Positions 26,033 to 34,734 of a stretch of 64,000 bases of DNA are shown one piece after another. The DNA is from Candidatus Buchananbacteria bacterium. GTDB taxonomy: Bacteria > Patescibacteriota > Patescibacteriia > Buchananbacterales > UBA6539. A program made the position numbers and the translations under genes. The stretch lies in contig JBAYLH010000006.1 in the NCBI GenBank assembly GCA_041664165.1, positions 143 to 64,142 of the forward strand, in the 5' to 3' direction. Under the pieces are notes generated by a model. The model was not told the origin of the DNA. It did no database searches and saw only the letters and a program-made list of their open reading frames with translations. Each line of letters opens with the position of its first letter. Positions within the stretch are counted from its first letter, which is position 1.

Positions 26033-26136
26033 TTTTTTTAGTATTTGTCTGCGAGGGCAAGCCGATAGGTGCTGCCCGAGCAGTTACAAATACTAAGTTT
26101 TGGTGCGGGGTTAAACTTGGTAAGAATAATATTACC
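26033..26136 (+). repeat. Structured REP-like element: long imperfect hairpin (ttagtatttgtctgc...gcagttacaaatactaa) plus tail ttttggtgcggggttaaacttggtaagaataatattac
   Basis: 10+4 bp stem. An inverted copy lies at 34590-34660 and a partial tail copy at 21991-22035. It sits just after the purQ terminator hairpin. Confidence 0.75.
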
Positions 26137-26261
26137 CATACATCCAAAACTACCAATAATAGGTAAACAAAAAATCACTCCGGTTTTTCGGAGAGATTCT
26201 AAATCTTGTCAAAATAAGTTAATAAATATATAATAGGAAAGTTTAAAAGAGTTGTTGGCCA

Positions 26262-26338
26262 GCCCATGTAGCTCAGTTGGTTAGAGCGCCACCCTTATAA
26301 GGTGGATGTCCCTGGTTCAAGTCCAGGCATGGGCACCA
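26262..26338 (+). tRNA. tRNA-Ile with genomically encoded anticodon UAU, CCA encoded
   Basis: GCCCATGTAGCTCAGTTGGTTAGAGCGCCACCCTTATAAGGTGGATGTCCCTGGTTCAAGTCCAGGCATGGGCACCA, anticodon loop CTTATAA. Confidence 0.8.
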
Positions 26339-26403
26339 TATAAAATTGAATAGTTGACAATTGGCGGATTATCGCTTATTCTAAAAAAGTTAACATTTAT
26401 TAA

Positions 26404-26480
26404 GGGCGTATAGCTCAGTTGGTTAGAGCGTTACGTTGACATCGTAAAGGTCCGTGGTTCGAGTCCACGTACGCCCACCA
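26404..26480 (+). tRNA. tRNA-Val (anticodon GAC), CCA encoded
   Basis: GGGCGTATAGCTCAGTTGGTTAGAGCGTTACGTTGACATCGTAAAGGTCCGTGGTTCGAGTCCACGTACGCCCACCA. Confidence 0.9.
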
Positions 26481-26481
26481 A

Positions 26482-26512
26482 AAAATCTCTGTGAAAATTC
26501 AGGGATTTTTTG
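26482..26512 (+). terminator. Rho-independent terminator after the tRNA pair
   Basis: atctctg-tgaaaatt-cagggat followed by tttttg. Confidence 0.6.
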
Positions 26513-26591
26513 TTTTAAAAAATCTGAACGCGGGGTTCAGCATCTTCATCTTTGTTGGGATTTTTAGCCATGCTAGAAATTGGCCGGGTTT

Positions 26592-27728
26592 TTATTTTTG
26601 CCCAAGTCTTTCTTTAATTTTGCCGATTACTTCTTTTTCCGCATCCAAAAGAGTTGTTTCGGGCAAGCAAAACTGGGATTGGGTTTTTGAGCCGGTCGGA
26701 TTAAAGGCGCTGGCTAAGTATAAGGCGTTATGGTCTTTGAAGGTATTGACTAAAACGCAGGTTCGGCCGGAGATTTGGTAAATTAAAACCACAATTTCTA
26801 TGCCGGGGATAAAAGATATCAATTCTTCAATTACATCGGGCAGATCTTTGGCGTCGGCTTTGGCTTCCAAAAAATCATGGTCAGTCAAAAGCGACCAGAC
26901 CAGTTTATTGCCCGACTCGCTTTTTAATCTCGCCAAAACCCGGCCCCATAAGTTTAAGGTCTGCAAAGTCCGGCTTCGGTATAAATTTTTGATAATCACG
27001 TCCCGTTCGGCGTCAGCGGCCAAGAGGCTGCCGGCAATTTCCAAAGTTTTCGGCGTTACGTTCGGGGTTTTAAAGCTTTTGGTTTTGGCCACCATGCCAG
27101 TCAGCAGACAAGTGGCGATATCTTTATCCAGCAAATTTTTGTCTAAAGAATTAATCAGGTTGAATAAAATTTCGGCGGTGGCCACGGCATTCATATTGGT
27201 TAAATTGATTTGGCCGAAGTGTTCGTTTTCGGCATGATGGTCGATATTGGCCAAGTCGGTGTTATAGAAAAATTCCGTGAAGTTGGCAAAGATTTTTCCC
27301 AGCGAAGCTAAATCGGGAGTATCCAAAGTAATGATCAAATCATATTTGTACTCGGAATTTTCGGCATTGACGTGTTCTTTGTTGAAAGATCCGGACTTAG
27401 GGACAATATAGATTTTTAATTTGTCGCCTTCCAAATTATAGCTGAATTCTTCAATTTTATCTTTATCGGCGTCAATACTGATGACAAATTTTTGCAGATT
27501 GGAAACCTGGGAATTAATTACGTCGGCCGAGGGCAAGAATTTCAAATTTTTTGGTAAAATAAAATCGTCGCAGACAATATCAACTAGCTTATCCTGCTTT
27601 TTCAAAACTAAATAGAGCGCTAAAGCCGAAGCCACAGCGTCTATGGAAAAGTCCTTGGGAAAAGTGATCAGAACGTGATGACTCTTTTTGATCACCTCCT
27701 GGAGTTGCTGAATTTCGTTTAAAGCCAT
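26592..27728 (-). CDS. nrnA: DHH/DHHA1 phosphoesterase (NrnA-like oligoribonuclease/pAp phosphatase)
   Basis: NIDHHAENEHFG DHH motif and a DHHA1-type C-terminus. Confidence 0.7.
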   Translation of the reverse strand: MALNEIQQLQEVIKKSHHVLITFPKDFSIDAVASALALYLVLKKQDKLVDIVCDDFILPKNLKFLPSADVINSQVSNLQKFVISIDADKDKIEEFSYNLEGDKLKIYIVPKSGSFNKEHVNAENSEYKYDLIITLDTPDLASLGKIFANFTEFFYNTDLANIDHHAENEHFGQINLTNMNAVATAEILFNLINSLDKNLLDKDIATCLLTGMVAKTKSFKTPNVTPKTLEIAGSLLAADAERDVIIKNLYRSRTLQTLNLWGRVLARLKSESGNKLVWSLLTDHDFLEAKADAKDLPDVIEELISFIPGIEIVVLIYQISGRTCVLVNTFKDHNALYLASAFNPTGSKTQSQFCLPETTLLDAEKEVIGKIKERLGQK

Positions 27729-28018
27729 AGAGTAATAAATCCGAAATCCGAAGCACTAAATCCAAAACAAATTATAATGTTTCAAATCATAAATACCAAA
27801 CTGTTTGGAATTTAAAAAATCGGGATTTGTTATTTGTTTAAGATTTAGGGTTTAGTGCTTAGGATTTTTTGAAACACAAAGTCTATTATTATACCCCCTT
27901 TTAGGGGATTTGTCATCTTAATGGTTTAGCCAGGTTGTGTCAATAGGCGTTAAACCTGACCTTGCCTAAAAGCGGGGAATTAGCTAAAATAACAGTATTA
28001 AATCTTAATAATTTTGCC

Positions 28019-29209
28019 ATGAATGACAAAGAAAAACAGATCGAAGCAGTGCTTACTCGGGGAGTGGAAAATATCTACCCCAGCAAGGAAGCCTTAAAAA
28101 AACTTTTAATGTCGGGTAAAAAAATTACTCTTTATTGCGGCTACGATCCGAATTCACCAACGCTGCATATAGGTCATGGAATTACGATTAGAAAATTAGC
28201 CCAGTTTCAGCAATTAGGCCATCAGGTAATTTTTTTATTTGGTGATTTTACCGGTCAAATTGGGGACCCGGATAAATTGAGCGTCCGGCAGCAAATCAGT
28301 CACCAAGAAGTTTTAGCTAATCTAACCGGTTGGAAAAAACAAATCAGAAATCTAATTAATACTGATAAAATTGGTTTTAAATTTAATTCAAAATGGCTGT
28401 CTAAGTTGCAATTTTCTGATTTAATTGAAATCGCCAAAAATTTTACGGTTCAGCAGTTAATGGATCGTGATATGTTTCAGGAAAGATTAAAAATTGACCG
28501 GCCGATTTATCTTCATGAATTTTTTTATCCCTTAATGCAGGCTTATGATAGTGTGGCGATGGATGTTGATTTGGAAATTGGCGGTAATGACCAGACTTTT
28601 AATATGTTAGCCGGCCGGACCTTGATGAAAGCGATGAAGGGCAAAGAAAAATTTGTTTTAACGATGAAGCTTTTGGCCGATCCAACTGGAAAAAAGATGG
28701 GGAAATCAGAAGGTAATATGATTACCTTAGCTGACACTCCTAATGACATTTATGGCAAAGTGATGAGCTGGACTGACGAAATGATTTTGCCGGCGTTTGA
28801 GATTTTGACTAGTGTGCCAATGCCGGAGATTGCCCAAATCAAAAAAGATTTGCAAAACGGCAAAAATCCTAAAATTTTAAAAATGCTTTTGGCCTACAAA
28901 GTCGTTGAAGTCTATCACGGCCAGCCAGCTGCCATTACGGCCGAAGAAAATTTCAAGCAGGTTTTCGAGGAAGGCTTGAACCCCGACCAAATGCCGGTTT
29001 TTAAAACCGACAAAAGAAATATTATCGAGGTTTTAATCGTTACCAAATTAGCCAGTTCTAAAATGGAAGCGAGGCGATTAATTGCCCAAGGGGGCGTTAA
29101 AGTTGATACCAAAACCATTGACAGTGAAGATTTTAAAATTGGAAAAATCGATGCTGACGGGGTGGTAATTCAGAAAGGCAAACGGCATTTTGCGAAAATA
29201 GTTGATTAG
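28019..29209 (+). CDS. tyrS: Tyrosine--tRNA ligase
   Basis: HIGHG and KMGKS class I signatures and a C-terminal S4-like domain. Start chosen at MNDKEKQ. Confidence 0.9.
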   Translation: MNDKEKQIEAVLTRGVENIYPSKEALKKLLMSGKKITLYCGYDPNSPTLHIGHGITIRKLAQFQQLGHQVIFLFGDFTGQIGDPDKLSVRQQISHQEVLANLTGWKKQIRNLINTDKIGFKFNSKWLSKLQFSDLIEIAKNFTVQQLMDRDMFQERLKIDRPIYLHEFFYPLMQAYDSVAMDVDLEIGGNDQTFNMLAGRTLMKAMKGKEKFVLTMKLLADPTGKKMGKSEGNMITLADTPNDIYGKVMSWTDEMILPAFEILTSVPMPEIAQIKKDLQNGKNPKILKMLLAYKVVEVYHGQPAAITAEENFKQVFEEGLNPDQMPVFKTDKRNIIEVLIVTKLASSKMEARRLIAQGGVKVDTKTIDSEDFKIGKIDADGVVIQKGKRHFAKIVD

Positions 29210-29354
29210 GTTTTAGGTCGTTAGGTTTTAGGTTTGGTTTTGGAGCAAGTTAAAAGTCAGGAAAATATTAAATATTCTTATTAGAAAATTAGAGATATAA
29301 ATTATCTGCCTAGTCCCTAACTAGCTAGAGCCTAGAGCCTAATTATCTAACTAT

Positions 29355-29717
29355 ATGGCAAAAAAAATTCTAATTATCGAAGACGAAAAAGCGTTAATTA
29401 GGAATTTGGAATTGGCTTTACGCGATGAGTATGAAGTTTTAAGCGCCGTTTCGGCCGAGGAAGGTCTGAGTAAAATTAAAAAAAACAAACCGGATCTGAT
29501 TTTGTTGGATGTGATTTTACCGGACAAAGACGGCATTGAAGTTTTGCAGAAATTAAAGAGCGGCAAAGATACTCGCGATATTCCGGTGATTGTTTTGACC
29601 AATTTGAGCGACAGTGTTACGGTCAGTAAAATTTTGGCGGCCGGCGGCAAAGAGTATTTAGTGAAATCGGACTGGGGAATCAGTGAAATCGTTAAAAAAA
29701 TTGAAACTATAATTTAG
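29355..29717 (+). CDS. Stand-alone response-regulator receiver (CheY-like) protein
   Basis: The REC fold with a DLILLDVILPDKDG phospho-acceptor region. 120 aa, no output domain. Confidence 0.8.
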   Translation: MAKKILIIEDEKALIRNLELALRDEYEVLSAVSAEEGLSKIKKNKPDLILLDVILPDKDGIEVLQKLKSGKDTRDIPVIVLTNLSDSVTVSKILAAGGKEYLVKSDWGISEIVKKIETII

Positions 29718-29734
29718 TTTTTAAAAAGTTTAAA

Positions 29735-29768
29735 AAAGGCCAGCGTTTTCGGCACTGGTTTTTTTGTT
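29735..29768 (+). terminator. Terminator hairpin + T7
   Basis: ggccagcgttttcggcactgg followed by tttttttg. Confidence 0.5.
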
Positions 29769-29875
29769 TGGGTTGACTTTTGGGTTTTTTAGTGGTACCT
29801 TAGAAAATACTTTTTAGCTAGGTGGCTACTAAGCAGGCAGAAACCAGAAGAAGTAAGCAAGAAGGAGGAGGTTAG

Positions 29876-30115
29876 ATGAGGCAGAACCGAAGAACAAAGC
29901 CGCCATTAACGGCGCCAAAATCAGAAGTGATTCAGGAAGTATTGTCGGCCTTGTGCTCTTTGGCCACCAGCAACAAAGTGGAAGATCCGGCTCGGGAAAT
30001 CGGAATCATCCGGTCGGAAGTCCGAAAACACAGGATCACGGAAAACGTTTTGCGCCATGCCATGGGCTGGCCCCCGGCTCCGCGAAAGCGTCATCCACAA
30101 AAGGCTGCGGCTTAG
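29876..30115 (+). CDS. Small protein (79 aa) with a helix-turn-helix resembling sigma-70 region 4.2
   Basis: Strong SD gaaggaggagg lies 6 nt upstream of the ATG. EIGIIRSEVRKHRITENVLRH resembles E(E/V)G..(F/G)(V/I)(S/T)RERIRQIE.KAL.KLRH. A strong terminator follows at 30142-30177. GC is about 52%. Confidence 0.5.
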   Translation: MRQNRRTKPPLTAPKSEVIQEVLSALCSLATSNKVEDPAREIGIIRSEVRKHRITENVLRHAMGWPPAPRKRHPQKAAA

Positions 30116-30141
30116 CGGGGTTACTTCTCAGTTCCTTGTTT

Positions 30142-30177
30142 CGGACCGACAAGTGGTTTTGTCGGTCCTCTTTTTTT
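30142..30177 (+). terminator. Rho-independent terminator (cggaccgacaa-gtggtt-ttgtcggtcc + T7)
   Basis: 11-bp stem, followed by ctttttttat. Confidence 0.75.
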
Positions 30178-30276
30178 ATGGATTGACAAGAGGATTGATT
30201 TTCAATAAGGTTAATTTGGCTTACAGCTATTGTTCATTTTCACAATCGACCGCGGGTTATTAGGAGGGAAATCCCA

Positions 30277-31368
30277 ATGGATCAAACTGAGCAAATAAAA
30301 AGGATGCTTTTTTTCTGCATCGAAACCGCCTTAGAACGAGGGGCTTCGGATATTCATCTTTCGCCCGGCGCTCCACCTCGGATCCGGTGGCATGGCAAGA
30401 TCGTTGATCTTGATTGGCCAGTTATCAATCCGTCTGATACCGAACAAGCCATGAGGCTGCTTTTAGCCAAGGATAACCAAGATGAGGTTATCGGACCGAA
30501 TGGTGATGCTGATTTCGCTAAAACCTTTGACCAGTTTCAAGCTCGGTTTCGCGGTAACATCTGCCGGACCCAGAATGGCCTAGTCATTGCGTTGCGGCAT
30601 TTGCCTAATGACATTCCGGCAATGGAGGAGATAGGTTTGCCCAGCCAAGTGATTCAGCGTTTACTCTCTTGCCAGCAAGGTGGCATTATTTTAGTCACCG
30701 GCCCGACTGGTTCTGGTAAGACGACGACTTTAGCTTCAATGATTAACTACTTGAATGTGACTCGGGCGTTACACATTATTACGGTTGAGGCGCCGGTAGA
30801 GTATGTTCACCCACACAAGAGATCAAGTGTTGATCAGCGGGAAATGCCGCTGGATACGCCGTCGTTTGCAGCGGCGGTTCGGTGTGCTTTACGTCAGGAT
30901 CCTGACGTGATTTTGGTCGGTGAAATGCGCGACTTAGAAACCATTGCGGCCGCGATCACAGCGGCGGAAACCGGCCATATGGTCTTAGCCACTCTGCATA
31001 CTAATTCGGCGGCGGATACGATTAACCGGATTATTGATGCGTTTCCGCTTAGCCAGCAGTCACAGATTAGGGTTCAATTGGCCACGTCTTTGCTGGCGGT
31101 GATTTCTCAGCGACTTTTGCCGCGGGCCGATGATTCCGGTCGGGTAGCGGCTTTCGAGTTGATGATCAATAACACGGCGATCAGGTCTCATATCCGCGAT
31201 AACAAAACGTTGCAGATTAACTCAACGATTGAAACCAGCAAGAAAGAGGGGATGGTTCGTTTTGATGATCATTTGGCCGGGCTAGTTAGTAAGAGGATTG
31301 TGGCTTTTGAAACCGCTTTGAAGTTTGCCTGCGAGCCGAAAGATTTTCCCGGCCGGGTAAATCGGTAA
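30277..31368 (+). CDS. pilT: Type IV pilus retraction ATPase PilT/PilU family
   Basis: Walker A GPTGSGKTTTL, Asp box, His box, PilT-type length (363 aa). Confidence 0.8.
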   Translation: MDQTEQIKRMLFFCIETALERGASDIHLSPGAPPRIRWHGKIVDLDWPVINPSDTEQAMRLLLAKDNQDEVIGPNGDADFAKTFDQFQARFRGNICRTQNGLVIALRHLPNDIPAMEEIGLPSQVIQRLLSCQQGGIILVTGPTGSGKTTTLASMINYLNVTRALHIITVEAPVEYVHPHKRSSVDQREMPLDTPSFAAAVRCALRQDPDVILVGEMRDLETIAAAITAAETGHMVLATLHTNSAADTINRIIDAFPLSQQSQIRVQLATSLLAVISQRLLPRADDSGRVAAFELMINNTAIRSHIRDNKTLQINSTIETSKKEGMVRFDDHLAGLVSKRIVAFETALKFACEPKDFPGRVNR

Positions 31369-31385
31369 GTAGTAAACAAACATCT

Positions 31386-31417
31386 TGGACCAAAATACAA
31401 TTTTTGGTCCTTTTTTT
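31386..31417 (+). terminator. Rho-independent terminator (ggaccaaaa-tacaa-tttttggtcc + T7)
   Basis: A perfect 9-bp stem. Confidence 0.75.
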
Positions 31418-31668
31418 ATCAATCAATAAAGGCAGGGGGCATCCCAGCTTTTTTCCCAGATGATGGGGTTTGGCCGAGAGGATGGACCTGCCTTTAAAGT
31501 TGCTGTTCAATCATGGCAACTTGGACTTAATTGTGAGCTTCTTTTTTGGAGAGCGGATAACTGGTACTGCCGGCCTCTAGTAACACTTTAGTAGTGGTTT
31601 TTAGACCAGAATTTTGCCAGTTGCCCCCTGCCTGTTGCACTTATGTAGACGCTGGAATTTTAGTTTTG

Positions 31669-33225
31669 TTACAACTGGCTGGTTTTTCGGCTAATTAAAC
31701 TGGTGCCGGTCATTTCCTTGGGTTTTTTAACTTTTAACAAGTCTAAAATGGTCGGCGCGATATCGGCTAAAATACCATTGGGTTTTAATTTAACTCGGCC
31801 GACCCCGACTAAAAACAAGGGGACATCGGCGGCGGTGTGAGCGGTGTGCGGCTGGTTCGCCTGGCAGTCCCAGCAAAGTTCCGCATCGCCGTGGTCGGCC
31901 GTGATAATGGCAACGCCTTTTTGTTTTTTGATTTGATCCAAAACTAAGCCGACAGCCTCGTCAACGGTTTTAATGCCGGTGATAATGGCTTTTTTTACGC
32001 CGGTATGGCCCAAAATATCCGGATTGGCGAAATTAACAATAATCACGTCGTATTTATTTTCTTTCAATTTCTTGACCGCGGTCTGGGCGATTTCTTTGGC
32101 TTTCATCTCCGGTTTTAAATCATAAGTTTCAACTTTGTCAGACGGGATTAAAATTCGGTCTTCGCCGGGAAACGGCTTTTCTTTCATGGCGTTTAAAATG
32201 GTGGTGAGATAAACCCATTTTTCCGTCTCGGAAATTCTCAGCTGTTTTTTGCCGGCTTGGCTTAGAACTTCGCCCAGGCAGTTTTTGACTTCGGGTAAAA
32301 CAAAAGCCGCCGGCGCTTTTAAGTCTTTGTAATATTTGGTCGCCGCCACGTAATGAATTGCCGGTTTTCCCCCAGCCCGGCTAAAACCTTCAAATTCGGT
32401 TTCCGTTAAAGCCTGGGATATTTCAATTTCCCGGTCAAGTCGGTAATTAAAATTAATCACCACATCATTTTTTTTCATTCCCTGGTAGCTATTAATAATA
32501 GTCGGCTGGATAAACTCATCATTTTCTTGGCGCCGATAGGCCCTGTCAACCGCTTGGCTGACAGTTTTGGCTTGGTATTTGGCCTGGCCATAGACTAAGG
32601 CATTAAAAGTTTTTTCGACTCTTTCCCAGCGGTGGTCGCGGTCCATAGCCCAGATGCGGCCGATAATCGTTTTAATGACTGAGGTTTTTATTTTCAGTTC
32701 GTTTAACTTTTCGGTTAGCCGTTTTAAGTAATGCCGCGCCATTTTCGGCTCAGTATCTCGGCCGTCGGAAAAAACGTGGATATTAATTTTATTTGGATTG
32801 ATTTTATTTTTTATTGCCATTTCTAAAAGAGCGTGTAAAGTTATGTCGTAGCTATGAACCCCTTTGTCTGACAGCAGCCCGAGAAAATGAACATTAGATT
32901 TATTTTTTTTGGCTAGCCGGAAAGCCTTAAGGTAAACCGGGTTTTTGAAAATTTTCCCGGTGGCAATGGCGTGAGTAATTATGGTTTGCGGCAGTAAAAC
33001 ATTCCGGCCGGCGCCGATGATATAGTGGCCGATTTCCGAACTGCCCTGGTGACCCAAAGTTAAACCGATTTTGGTGCCGGCGGCGCCGATTACGGTATTT
33101 GGATAATTTTTAATCAAGCTATCAATCACCGGCGTCGGTGCCAGAAAAATCGGGTTATGTTCCCACTCGTCGCCAATGCCCCAGCCGTCTAAGATCATTA
33201 AAACTAAGGGTGAAATTTTTTTCAT
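31669..33225 (-). CDS. gpmI: 2,3-bisphosphoglycerate-independent phosphoglycerate mutase
   Basis: N-terminal VLMILDGWG, phosphotransferase and metalloenzyme domains, 518 aa. Confidence 0.9.
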   Translation of the reverse strand: MKKISPLVLMILDGWGIGDEWEHNPIFLAPTPVIDSLIKNYPNTVIGAAGTKIGLTLGHQGSSEIGHYIIGAGRNVLLPQTIITHAIATGKIFKNPVYLKAFRLAKKNKSNVHFLGLLSDKGVHSYDITLHALLEMAIKNKINPNKINIHVFSDGRDTEPKMARHYLKRLTEKLNELKIKTSVIKTIIGRIWAMDRDHRWERVEKTFNALVYGQAKYQAKTVSQAVDRAYRRQENDEFIQPTIINSYQGMKKNDVVINFNYRLDREIEISQALTETEFEGFSRAGGKPAIHYVAATKYYKDLKAPAAFVLPEVKNCLGEVLSQAGKKQLRISETEKWVYLTTILNAMKEKPFPGEDRILIPSDKVETYDLKPEMKAKEIAQTAVKKLKENKYDVIIVNFANPDILGHTGVKKAIITGIKTVDEAVGLVLDQIKKQKGVAIITADHGDAELCWDCQANQPHTAHTAADVPLFLVGVGRVKLKPNGILADIAPTILDLLKVKKPKEMTGTSLISRKTSQL

Positions 33226-34397
33226 AAAGTTAGTTTTAGTTTTTGATAAATTTCAAAAAGCCGGTCAAAAGTCTTGTCCCAGCTTTGGCTTAAAGCTTTG
33301 ACCCTGGCTTTTTGGCCCATTAATTCTCTTTTAGCTTGGTTTTTAATTAGTAAATCAACCGCCTGGCCAAAAGCTTTAGGTGTCGGTTCGGAAATTAAGC
33401 CGTCAATATTATGGCTGACTAGTTCTTTCGGTCCGCCGCGATCAGTTACAATTGCCGGCAGGCCGGAAGCTTGGGCTTCCAAAATGACATTGCCAAAAGT
33501 GTCGGTTACCGAAGGGAAAACAAAAAAGTCGGCATTGGCGTAAACCCAGCCGAGCTTCGAACCGGAGAGATAGCCAAAAAATGTCGCCTTGGGCAATTGA
33601 GCTTTTAAGCCTTGGCCATACGGGCCTTCGCCAGCCAGCCAGAGCTTAACGTCGGTTCGGTTTTTAAAAACTGAAACCAGTAAGTCTAAATTTTTTTCAG
33701 TTGACAGCCGGCCGACATACAAAGCCACCGGCAATTTTTCTTTTCTTTTTGGACTTTTGTATTTGGGGCTAAAAATTTCTGTCTTGACTCCACGGGGAAA
33801 GATTTCAATTGGCCGGCCTAGAATTTTTAAGTTATCTTTAATCGTTTGTGTCGGCGCCAAGACAAGATCGGTTTTGGCGTAAAACCATTTTAAAAACCGC
33901 CAGGTGGCCGCGTGGGACAAATCAGTCATTGAATCGCGGATGTAATCCGGCAGTTTTTTCAAACCGTTTTTGGTCCAGCAGCTGACGTATTCCGCCAGCA
34001 GAGTATGGAAAACCCCGATTTTGGGAGTTGGGTTTTTGGCTAATAAAATTCGGGCGGCAATGCCAAGCGAACCCGGAGTAGCCAGATGAAAAATATCATA
34101 TTTGCCACTGAGCAGTTTTTCTTTAAAGCCGGGCGAAATAATTTTAGCGTCAAACGGCGGCAAATCATGATAATAATTCACCGGCCAGACAGCGGTAAAC
34201 TGATAAATTCTGACTGAGCCCAGTTTTTTAGTTTTGGTCGTTTTGCCAATGGTAAAAATATCAACGGCCAGATTTTTATGCCGGCAGTATTTAACCAATT
34301 CCTGGTAAGTCCGGGAAACGCCGTTGATGGCATAAAATGAATCGGTGATGATGGCGATTTTTGCGCCAGAAGTGGCGGGCATACTCCATTTTTTCAT
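33222..34397 (-). CDS. Glycosyltransferase family 4 (GT-B, retaining)
   Basis: C-terminal FVFPSVTDTFGNVILEAQASGLPAIVTDRGG EX7E-type motif. Its stop overlaps the gpmI start. Confidence 0.75.
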   Translation of the reverse strand: MKKWSMPATSGAKIAIITDSFYAINGVSRTYQELVKYCRHKNLAVDIFTIGKTTKTKKLGSVRIYQFTAVWPVNYYHDLPPFDAKIISPGFKEKLLSGKYDIFHLATPGSLGIAARILLAKNPTPKIGVFHTLLAEYVSCWTKNGLKKLPDYIRDSMTDLSHAATWRFLKWFYAKTDLVLAPTQTIKDNLKILGRPIEIFPRGVKTEIFSPKYKSPKRKEKLPVALYVGRLSTEKNLDLLVSVFKNRTDVKLWLAGEGPYGQGLKAQLPKATFFGYLSGSKLGWVYANADFFVFPSVTDTFGNVILEAQASGLPAIVTDRGGPKELVSHNIDGLISEPTPKAFGQAVDLLIKNQAKRELMGQKARVKALSQSWDKTFDRLFEIYQKLKLTL

Positions 34398-34589
34398 ACC
34401 TTATTATTATAGCAATTATAATTTTAATCTACGAATTAATGAATAATATGAGTACTCATAGGCCTGTCTGGGTAATTATTCGACGCTATGTTAAACATTC
34501 GGTGTGTGTATTTGGCTGCCTCGTCGGCTCGCCTCGCTTCCGAGTCGGAGCGGGCTCGCCTCACTCGACGCGAGTCGGAGCGGGCGAGA

Positions 34590-34660
34590 CGGGTTTAACC
34601 CCGCACCAAAATTAGTATTTGTAGCTGCTCGGCTTCGCCTCGTAGACAAATACTAAAAAA
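34590..34660 (-). repeat. Inverted copy of the REP-like element (gtttaaccccgcaccaaaattagtatttgt...acaaatactaaaaaaaa)
   Basis: The reverse complement aligns with 26033-26115 over about 75 nt with a 13-nt internal deletion. A GC-rich repeat patch (cgagtcggagcgggc x2, gctcgcctcgc) lies immediately 5' at 34500-34590. Confidence 0.75.
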
Positions 34661-34708
34661 AAGACCCCGCACCTTTTTCCTGAAACAAGTTCAGGATTAG
34701 TGCGGGGT
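34661..34708 (-). terminator. Terminator of the GC-rich orphan gene (ccccgcac...gtgcgggg with nested hairpin, then T-run on minus strand)
   Basis: 8-bp outer stem enclosing cctgaa-acaag-ttcagg. The minus-strand reading is followed by cttttttttag. Confidence 0.65.
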
Positions 34709-34734
34709 TGAATTGAGCCGAGCGGCTGGTATGA

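Noticed and set aside
27880-28018. T-box leader upstream of tyrS
   Set aside because: No T-box consensus (AGGGTGGNACCGCG-like) or specifier/antiterminator arrangement was found. There is only a short ccccc-tttta-ggggg hairpin.
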